NCBI GenBank assembly: GCA_963809485.1
Contig: CAWEJX010000007.1
Span: 96,001 to 160,000 of the forward strand
From: an uncultured Acidobacteriota bacterium
GTDB taxonomy: Bacteria > Acidobacteriota > UBA6911
Direction of reading: 5' to 3'
Length of the DNA stretch: 64,000 nucleotides
Part shown: positions 20,262 to 28,057 of the stretch, one piece after another
How positions within the stretch are numbered: position 1 is the stretch's first letter
Layout: each line of letters begins with the position of its first letter
Program-made: the position numbers and the translations under genes
The notes under the pieces: model-generated
Database searches by the model: none
The model's input: the letters and a program-made list of their open reading frames with translations, nothing else
Told to the model about the DNA's origin: nothing

Positions 20262-21305
20262 ATGAGAGTCTTTCTCACAGGAGCAACCGGTTTCATCGGA
20301 CAACACCTTGCCGGAGCGCTTATCAAGCGCGGCTGGAGCGTGATCGCTCTTGTGCGCAAACCTGACAGCCCGCAATCGCAGGCCGTGCGAAGAGTTGGCG
20401 TGCAACTGGCACCAGGGGACATCACCGTGCGAGAATCGATGCGGGCGCCCATGAGCGGCGCAGATATCGTGGTACACAATGCCGCAGCCTATCAATTGGG
20501 TACAGACAGGTCAGAGAAGCAGAGCATGCGGTCGGCAAACGTCGATGGCACGGAGAACGTACTGGGTCTTGCCCATGAACTAAAAATTCCGCGCACCGTT
20601 TACGTATCCACGGTTCTGGCGACGGGGGAGACCGGAACCGAGATGCGCGATGAAACCTATAAGCGGCAATATCCGTGCCGCTCAACCTATGAACAGACGA
20701 AAATGGAAGCCCACGAAACTGCCGGCAGATACAGGGAGAGAGGGCTTCCGCTTATCATCGTTTGCCCGGGCCCTGTGATCGGCGCGAATGACCACTCCGT
20801 CTGGGGCTATTTCCAGCGCATGTACGTAAATCGCGTTCTGCCGCCCATGGCATGGGCCCCCGGGTCGATCTTCTGTTGCGTTTCAGTGGAGGATCTGGCC
20901 GAAGGCATAGCGCTGGCAGCTGAAAAGGGCCGGATCGGGGAAACATATCTGCTGTGCGGAGAAGCTCAGTCTTTTGGCGAGATCCTCAAACTATGGAGCA
21001 GGAAACCTGGTGCCTTCCATACAAAAATCTGGCTTCCGGCTCCTCTTGCGGCTCCAATGTTTGCACTCCTGGAGCCGATACAGAGAATGGTTGGCTTACC
21101 CGCCGTCCTCTCACGTGAAACCGCCCGAACCGCGGCGACAAATATGCATTATTCCGGCGAAAAGGCAAAACGGGAGTTGGGCTGGAAGCATTGCTCTGCG
21201 GAAGAGATGTGGTTGCGCACTATTGATAGGGAAACTCAATTTCTGGCCAGACGCAAAACTCAGAAATTGGTTCAGCGCCTCAAGCCGCTGGATTTCGCTG
21301 AATAA
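20262..21305 (+). CDS. NAD-dependent epimerase/dehydratase (extended SDR)
   Basis: TGATGFIG, HNAA, YEQTK (YxxxK). Confidence 0.9.
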   Translation: MRVFLTGATGFIGQHLAGALIKRGWSVIALVRKPDSPQSQAVRRVGVQLAPGDITVRESMRAPMSGADIVVHNAAAYQLGTDRSEKQSMRSANVDGTENVLGLAHELKIPRTVYVSTVLATGETGTEMRDETYKRQYPCRSTYEQTKMEAHETAGRYRERGLPLIIVCPGPVIGANDHSVWGYFQRMYVNRVLPPMAWAPGSIFCCVSVEDLAEGIALAAEKGRIGETYLLCGEAQSFGEILKLWSRKPGAFHTKIWLPAPLAAPMFALLEPIQRMVGLPAVLSRETARTAATNMHYSGEKAKRELGWKHCSAEEMWLRTIDRETQFLARRKTQKLVQRLKPLDFAE

Positions 21306-21490
21306 GGGATTGGCGCATGCCTTCAGGGACCGCATGGCCCACCGCCGTCTCAATTATCCCGCAAGGCTGCATCATAACTTGCGACTAGCCGGGCGGAGGC
21401 GGCCTTCCGGCCGCTCCTGCAAAATGTGGATCCCCCTTCCCAATAAACCGCTTGTTCAGGTGACATTCCGGCCCGATCTCACAAAGCCAA

Positions 21491-23020
21491 TTACCTATAT
21501 TTGGGTTCACGCCGGGGCACAGCAGGCCGGTTGGCTCCGTGCGAGGGTTTGAGAGGCGGACGCGACATTACTGAAGGAGCGGGGAATCGCGGCATGCATT
21601 CGGCCTGGGAGGAGCCGAACTCCATGGCGCCGATGTCCGGGGCGCTGCCGCCGGGGCGCTCGCGGTTGAAGTAGTCCAACGTGTTTCCGGCTATGGTGGC
21701 GCCGGCGTCCACTGTCAGGCTGTCGGGGTTCACCAGATCAAAATCCGATACGGTGGTTCCCGCGATGTCGGCAAAGCCGAGATTGACATAATTGGGATCC
21801 TCGGGACCCGAGTAGCTGACAAAAAGATTGTTGCTTCCATCAAACGCCGAGTCAATCAACCAGTTCCGGGGCCTGGAGATGCCGTCCAGAACATACAGGT
21901 TATTGGTCAGGTGCACGGTTCCGGGGACAAGCTGGCCGCCGCTCATACCCGATGACTCGGCGGTGAAGATGATCCAGAGAATTCCTGCGTTGCGCGATCC
22001 CGGATGCTGGATGAGGGTGTTGCTGTAAAAGTGAACATTTTCAAGGTTGGTGTTGTTCACTTGAAGCAGGCCCATCCAGGCACTGTCGACGATCAGGTTG
22101 TTGTGGAAGGACAAATCCTTGAAAAGCCCTTTGCCCCGATCGCCAAAGTACGAGGCGGCTTCAAAGAAGCCGCAGTTGTTGTAGGAGAAATTGTGGTGCA
22201 CGTGAACATTTTCGATGGTGCCTCCGGATGATGCGGAAACCTCGGTGGCGCCGCCGTCGCAATCGCCGTTGCTTCCCACCCATCTGGCGGGGCCTGTGCA
22301 GTTGATGAACGAATTGTAGGACACCTCATTGTTTGAGGCATTGATGAAAATGCCTTCGGCGCCGCCCACCAGGTTCGGATCCACGCCCGGATTTTCGTCG
22401 ATACCCATGATGAGGTCGTGAACGTAGTTGCCGCGAACGAGAGAGCCTTCGGCGCCCAGCATGATGCCGATATCGCAGTCGTCGATTCCATTGTTTATAA
22501 ACGTTGTTGCGGCTCCCAGAAAGGCGGTGATGCCCCCGACGATGCCTTTGGTGATCCCGTCCCGGTCGAAGTCAAAATCATGCACCATGGTGTTGTCGCC
22601 CCGGGCACCCGAGAAATGCAGGCCGTCGATAGTGAGAGGCTTAAACGAGAGCACAACGGGGCCTCTTCCGGGTTCGCTCGACACTCTGAAATGGGGCAGA
22701 GGATCGTTTTGGGGACCGTAGTTGGTGTATACCTTTGCGTTGTAGCCGAAGCGGACGTTGTTAAAGTAAGTCGGAATGGCCAATTTTTCGTTGAAGACGC
22801 TGCCGCGTTTGAAGCGAACCACGGTGCAGGAAGCATGGATGGCTGATTGGGATTTCACCGGAGTGGCTTCCGAAAGACCGTTGTTCGTGTCGTTCCCGTT
22901 CACGCTGTCCACGTAACAGGTTGTTTCGCCTTCGTCGTAGGCATCTTCCACCGTGCAGGTTTGATAGCGATCGGTATAAACAAAGGCAGCGGTATGATAT
23001 ACAGGTGATATACAGGACAC
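21491..23020 (-). CDS. Right-handed beta-helix (pectin-lyase-like) protein, probably 5' truncated
   Basis: YVDSVNGNDTNNGLSEATP, Asn-rich beta-helix repeats, C-terminal PDIGAME. No signal peptide, and the ORF starts inside the stutter repeat. Confidence 0.7.
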   Translation of the reverse strand: MSCISPVYHTAAFVYTDRYQTCTVEDAYDEGETTCYVDSVNGNDTNNGLSEATPVKSQSAIHASCTVVRFKRGSVFNEKLAIPTYFNNVRFGYNAKVYTNYGPQNDPLPHFRVSSEPGRGPVVLSFKPLTIDGLHFSGARGDNTMVHDFDFDRDGITKGIVGGITAFLGAATTFINNGIDDCDIGIMLGAEGSLVRGNYVHDLIMGIDENPGVDPNLVGGAEGIFINASNNEVSYNSFINCTGPARWVGSNGDCDGGATEVSASSGGTIENVHVHHNFSYNNCGFFEAASYFGDRGKGLFKDLSFHNNLIVDSAWMGLLQVNNTNLENVHFYSNTLIQHPGSRNAGILWIIFTAESSGMSGGQLVPGTVHLTNNLYVLDGISRPRNWLIDSAFDGSNNLFVSYSGPEDPNYVNLGFADIAGTTVSDFDLVNPDSLTVDAGATIAGNTLDYFNRERPGGSAPDIGAMEFGSSQAECMPRFPAPSVMSRPPLKPSHGANRPAVPRREPKYR

Positions 23021-23080
23021 CCATTAACCAGCATCAAACGGAACGTAAGCAGGACGCAAGCACGCAAGCAGGACACCCAT
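22995..23080 (+). repeat. Two stuttered repeats, each ending in GGACACCCAT
   Basis: TGATATACAGG/TGATATACAGGACACCCATT and ACGTAAGCAGG/ACGCAAGC/ACGCAAGCAGGACACCCAT. Confidence 0.8.
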
Positions 23081-23169
23081 GAAAAAAGGGTGTATAAATC
23101 AGGAGCTTTTAAAGTATCGTTTTAAGAATCATCCTGCAAACGCGAAACGAAGCGCATAAGGAGACCTAT

Positions 23170-23667
23170 ATGGACAGGGTAAAGCTCGCCGCTGTGTCGG
23201 CATTTGTGCTTGTAGCGGTAACTGTTTCCCTCTCATTCTCCGCCGAAAAGGATATCGTGCGTGCGAAAGACCGTGTGGAGATTGAGCAATTGATGTGGCG
23301 CTACATTCAGGCGCTTGACTCGGGTAATGCTGAAGCCTATGCAGCCCTGTTCGCGCCGGACGGGCAGTTCGGCAGGGGTGCCACGGCTGTCAAAGGACGG
23401 GAGGCACTGAAGAAAATGGTCTCAGATGCCAGGCAAAAACTGGATGCCGAGAAACAGAGCGGCAAGAAAATGCCGCGCATGTTTCACATCGTGACAAATC
23501 CCCATATTGAATTCATCGACAAAGACCATGCGCGTTACTATGCCTATTGGATGGGGGCCTTCGCGTCGGGAGGAGGAATTACCTCGGCCGGCCGTGAGGT
23601 CAATGAGCTTGTGAGGTTGAATAAGCAGTGGTTCATAAGCGTGCGTGATGTAGATCCTCAGGATTGA
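23170..23667 (+). CDS. Secreted SnoaL/NTF2-like domain protein
   Basis: Signal peptide; DRVEIEQLMWRYIQALDSG...ALFAPDG...HIVTNPHI. Confidence 0.8.
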   Translation: MDRVKLAAVSAFVLVAVTVSLSFSAEKDIVRAKDRVEIEQLMWRYIQALDSGNAEAYAALFAPDGQFGRGATAVKGREALKKMVSDARQKLDAEKQSGKKMPRMFHIVTNPHIEFIDKDHARYYAYWMGAFASGGGITSAGREVNELVRLNKQWFISVRDVDPQD

Positions 23668-23805
23668 GGAAGCAGGAATCGCGCGCACATTCCGGTACTG
23701 GAGGGATAAGCAGGAGAGTTGTTGGCCCAAATATGAAAGATCTTTTGAGAAGCCCTTCTATTTGCTTGATATTGGCGTTTTCGATCCTCTGCTAAGTCAG
23801 CAAGG

Positions 23806-23868
23806 GGAAGGAGGAAGGTTGACACCCATAATCTGCTTGTTGCCCACAATCTGCCTGTTGTCATCTGC
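23806..23868 (+). repeat. Stuttered repeat around GACACCCAT
   Basis: GGAAGGA/GGAAGGTT-GACACCCATAATCTGCTTGTTG/CCCACAATCTGCCTGTTG/..ATCTGC. Confidence 0.6.
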
Positions 23869-23925
23869 TATTCTTTTTAGTCTCCAACTTTTGTTCAAGC
23901 CCCCCAGCATTCCCCAGGATTCTTC

Positions 23926-24140
23926 TGGTTACCGCACTCTTTCAAGGCTTTCGGGTGTAGAATTGTGCTAAGTCATTAAGAGCAAATCAGGATGAGCAAT
24001 ACCGCTGCGGATACAACAGGACTCTTAGCATATGATGGATGGTTACCGCACTCTTTCAAGGCTTTCGGGTGTAGAATTGTGCTAATTCATTAAGAGCAAA
24101 TCAGGATGAGCGATACCGCTGCGGATACCAACCAGGACTC
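23926..24140 (+). repeat. ~99 bp near-perfect direct duplication (period 114 bp)
   Basis: TGGTTACCGCACTCTTTCAAGG...CAGGACTC at 23926-24024 and 24040-24140. Confidence 0.9.
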
Positions 24141-24780
24141 CCTTTCAGGCATGACGGCATCCGGACGATGGTTTGTGCTTCTGTCACCGCTGGCGGTTAT
24201 AGGGCTCGGGCATTTGACAACGCGTCTGTTTTCACATTTCATCGATGCTGGGCATGGCTCTGCGATCGTGATTGTCATCATGTAATTATTAGTATTCTGG
24301 GCATGGGCTCCTTTGCAGATCGTGTATTGGTTCGCCATGGCCATGGTAATTTATTGGAGCGGTGGATTAGGCGAGGTAATCTCTGCTTATAAAAGGATTA
24401 GCGGATGGCGATGGTGGTTGGCTGGAATCGCAGTCGGCCTGATGACATGTCCTGTACTCCTGCATAATTTCGGCTTGCTTCGTGACTTTCAACTTGTGAT
24501 GCCCTGGTTGCTTCTGGCTTTTATCAACCCATTCTTCGAGGAAAGTTATTGGCGTGGATTGTTTGGTCAGGTAACAAGCGCTAGCCGGCTTTTTTTTGCA
24601 TGCTTGTACCCCACCATTTTTTTACAGCAGGGCATCCGCTGCAGTGGGGCGTATTTTCGGTTGTCTGACGCAGATGGGAAATGATCGCATCCATGCTTAT
24701 CATGGGCATGGTTTGGAGCGCCATTTACCTATATACCCGAAGCCTTAAGGCAGCGACCTTTTCGCCTATGTTAGTCGACA
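24106..24780 (+). pseudogene. Degraded CPBP (CAAX/Abi) intramembrane metalloprotease
   Basis: INPFFEESYWRG (EExxxR motif) in ORF 24313-24684; hydrophobic segments continue in other frames. End coordinate approximate. Confidence 0.65.
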
Positions 24781-24853
24781 GCGCAATGGCATCCGGTGGG
24801 TATATACTCTATCCGACAACGATAGGACATACGGTTTTCGGATTCGAAAAGAA

Positions 24854-26623
24854 ATGATCAAAATCCCTTTGTATCCGCACACCCGCTACACTTCGGCGAC
24901 CATGCCAAAGTCACAAGCTTCAAAATGGATTGCGGTTCTGGCAATCTTCGTTTTAATCGAAATTGTATTTTGCCCGTGGCCTCAAGTTTCGGCGAAAGAT
25001 ACGAGTTTTAAGAGGATTATAAGGGGTACCGTCCGTGACGACCAAGCTACTCTTCCCGGCGCCGTGGTCCGAATCCAGACAACGCAGCATAGCACGGTAA
25101 CCGGTGCCGAGGGAGAATTTAAACTGGCTGTACCCAAGATTTTCAGCGGTCCAGTTAAACTCACAGCCTGGGCTAAAGGATATTTCATTGGAGGGCCGGT
25201 TGAAGCCTCGCCTGGGCAAAACAATGTGACGATTACGCTTCATCCACACAGTAAATGGGACAATCGCGAATACAAATGGTTGCCTTCCTTCCGATCTGCA
25301 GGTTCCGGCGAAAATCAGGGCTGCTCCGAATGTCACTTTCGAGGCAAGGTTGATTCAGGACCCACTCTTCCCGTTGACGAATGGCTCGAGGACGCTCATT
25401 CCCAATCCGCCGTCAACCCACGTTTCCTCACTATGCATGCCGGAACAGACATGTCAGGTCGCCGGAGCGCCGCAACCGCGTATAAGCGTCTAAGTGACTC
25501 CAGCCTAGTTCCTCTTCCCCCAAATCCTGCAGAGCCCTATTATGGACCGGGGTTTAAGCTCGACTATCCGAACCATACCGGCAATTGCGGTGCCTGTCAT
25601 GTTCCCTTGGCGGCGGTCAATTCACCGCTAAATGTCAATCCTGTTTCAATCCAGGATGTCGAGGCCGAAGGCGTCAACTGCGACTTTTGCCATAAAATTT
25701 GGGATGTCCACCTCGATCAAGCCACAGGGCTTCCTTTTCCCGACCAACCCGGGGTGCTTGCCTACGAATTCCGGAGACCGTTTCAGGGACATCAGTTCTT
25801 TGCCGGGCCCCTGGACGACATCGCGCCTGGCGAGGACACCTATTCAAAGCTTCAGAAGAGCAGCCAGTTCTGTGCTCCGTGCCATTTTGGAGTTTTTGGT
25901 GATACGGTTGTTTACGATTCCTTCGGGGAGTGGCTGCGAAGCCCTTACAGTCGAGAAGAGACAGGAAAGACTTGCCAGGATTGCCATATGCCGAGGTCGA
26001 AGGCCGAATTCTTTGCCCACGCCGGAAAGGGCGGGCTTAAGCGCGATTCCAATACCATCGCCAGCCACAGGATGACTGGGACCAGAGACCTGGACCTTCT
26101 CCAGAACGCCGTTTCAATGTACCTTGAAGCGGAATACTTGCACGAAGGGATCCGGGTCAGAACGACGGTTGTTAACGATCGCACAGGTCACCACGTCCCA
26201 ACGGATACCCCGCTTCGGCATCTAATACTTATGGTCCGAGCGTGGGATAGCGATGGTTTTGCGCTGCCTCTCAAGGCGGGTCCCGTCCTTCCGGAGTGGT
26301 GCGGTTCTGGTAATCCGGCAGATGGCTACTACGCCGGGCTTCCCGGAAAGGTGTACGCCAAACTGCTCGAAGAGACATGGACTGGAGTATCCCCAACCGC
26401 TGCCTATTGGAACGCAACCCGAATAGTAATGGACACCCGGCTTGGAGCGTTTGAATCCGATGTCGGTGAATTCCTGTTTTCTGCTCCTGACTCGGGAAAT
26501 GGACGAATCGAGGCTGTCCTTCTCTACCGGAGGGCCTATAAGAAGCTTATGGATCTCAAGGGCTGGAGTGATCCCGACATCGTTATGGAGTCAGCTGCGG
26601 TCTCGGTCTCTCAAAAGCACTGA
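24854..26623 (+). CDS. Multiheme (5 CxxCH) cytochrome c with N-terminal carboxypeptidase-regulatory-like domain
   Basis: CSECH, CGACH, CDFCH, CAPCH, CQDCH; signal/TM segment; IRGTVRD...PGAVVRI...G.F.L beta-sandwich; GHHVPT. Confidence 0.85.
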   Translation: MIKIPLYPHTRYTSATMPKSQASKWIAVLAIFVLIEIVFCPWPQVSAKDTSFKRIIRGTVRDDQATLPGAVVRIQTTQHSTVTGAEGEFKLAVPKIFSGPVKLTAWAKGYFIGGPVEASPGQNNVTITLHPHSKWDNREYKWLPSFRSAGSGENQGCSECHFRGKVDSGPTLPVDEWLEDAHSQSAVNPRFLTMHAGTDMSGRRSAATAYKRLSDSSLVPLPPNPAEPYYGPGFKLDYPNHTGNCGACHVPLAAVNSPLNVNPVSIQDVEAEGVNCDFCHKIWDVHLDQATGLPFPDQPGVLAYEFRRPFQGHQFFAGPLDDIAPGEDTYSKLQKSSQFCAPCHFGVFGDTVVYDSFGEWLRSPYSREETGKTCQDCHMPRSKAEFFAHAGKGGLKRDSNTIASHRMTGTRDLDLLQNAVSMYLEAEYLHEGIRVRTTVVNDRTGHHVPTDTPLRHLILMVRAWDSDGFALPLKAGPVLPEWCGSGNPADGYYAGLPGKVYAKLLEETWTGVSPTAAYWNATRIVMDTRLGAFESDVGEFLFSAPDSGNGRIEAVLLYRRAYKKLMDLKGWSDPDIVMESAAVSVSQKH

Positions 26624-26862
26624 GATTTTAGGAGATATGCATCAAAAAGGCATCACGTTTGTGACTAAGAACTTCCCAACATGATATCGGGCGATTTGAT
26701 TGAGATGCCAACTGCACGAGCCCTGCGCTTGACGTAAAACTGGAATGTGAACCCGATTTTGACCGCAGCCCCGGAAGCCATCGATTCACAGCCCTGCAAT
26801 TTTGAGCCCACTAATCACCAAATTGCCTGGAAAGCCCCAGGTATTCGCATCTGATTCTCCGA

Positions 26863-27116
26863 TAATCTGTAATCTGTAAATGTATTCTGTGGGTGTATTG
26901 TGTGGGTGTCCCCATTATCCCAGTGTGGGTGTCCCCGATATTTCCCCGATATTCCTTTCCCCGATATTCGGTGGGTGTCCCCGATATGTTCCGGTGGGTG
27001 TCCCCGATATCCGTCCCCGATATCCGTCCCCGATATCCCGATATCCTTCCTCTCCGATATCCTTCCCCATATTCGGTGTCCCCGATATTCCCGATATCCC
27101 CGATATCACCCGATAC
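26863..27116 (-). repeat. Large stuttered array: four GTGGGTGTCCCC plus about a dozen CCGATAT units
   Basis: Reverse complement reads (ATATC)GGGGACACCCAC at 26902, 26925, 26971 and 26994, with truncated copies around them. Confidence 0.9.
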
Positions 27117-27161
27117 TCACTGTTGGGGCGTTAGTCATTTCCAGCACCGTGGAAATCGAGG

Positions 27162-27713
27162 CTAGGCTGATTTATCGAGCTTCTTGAAAATTGAGACCGC
27201 GACGGGTTCAAACAGCGTGGCGTAGGCAGTGCCGATCATGAAAAAAATCGCTCCCCAGAGCCAATTAATGTTCGATGGATTCGCATTCTCCTTGAGCGCA
27301 AACCAGATGCCGTAAGTTCCGAGAGCAAACGCGGCCATATTGAACCACGTGTCCTTCAGCACCACCACATGAACGAGAGTAAGCAAATACGTTACAAGCA
27401 ACGCGCAGATGCCGAATGCAACGATAGCACCCAACCCCCAGCCTAAGAGCAAATCCAGGAGGCCGAAAAAGCATACTCCGTAGGCTGGCCCGCAGGCGGC
27501 GCTGCACAGCATATTCGGCAAAGTCTTGAACGACCCTCGTTGGGCCACGACAAGACCAAGCCCCGCAAACGCGCACCACAGAAGATTGAACAGCGGATGC
27601 ATCTTGCTCGCATCCATCGGATTGAAATTGAATAGGACCGCCCAGACAATGCAAAAGAAAGTAATGCCGATCGTAACCGTAGTGGCAAGAATGAAAAAGA
27701 ATTTCTTCGACAT
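27162..27713 (-). CDS. Membrane protein (DUF1097-like)
   Basis: Several hydrophobic helices, W.AFAG motif, RBS GGGGG upstream of ATG 27713. Confidence 0.6.
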   Translation of the reverse strand: MSKKFFFILATTVTIGITFFCIVWAVLFNFNPMDASKMHPLFNLLWCAFAGLGLVVAQRGSFKTLPNMLCSAACGPAYGVCFFGLLDLLLGWGLGAIVAFGICALLVTYLLTLVHVVVLKDTWFNMAAFALGTYGIWFALKENANPSNINWLWGAIFFMIGTAYATLFEPVAVSIFKKLDKSA

Positions 27714-28057
27714 CGTTATCCCCCCTGTTTCTGCAAATAGAATATCCCTGGTACGCAACGAATATGAAAACCTGTTGATGCCGCTGACTGGCCGGGAATC
27801 GGCTACCGAAAATCGCTCCCATTATCGCACGTTTGCAGGCAATCCATGCAGGATCATGAGCAATTTCAGAACGGCCGCCGCCACGCCCCTGCCATCCGCA
27901 TTGCGGATCGATTGGTACCTTGCGGAACTCTGCTTCAGAGCCGTCATCCCTGCCTTTTAGGATTCCACTTCCTCCTTCCGTTTCAGCAGCCTATAATGAG
28001 GCCCAAGAACCACCAATTTCTGCCATGCGGCATGGAAATTTTCGCTCGGAGGAATTC

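Noticed and set aside
26863-27187. CRISPR array or protein-coding ORFs in the CCGATAT/GGTGTCCCC region
   Set aside because: No constant repeat with unique spacers and no cas genes. The ORFs are low-complexity translations of the repeat.
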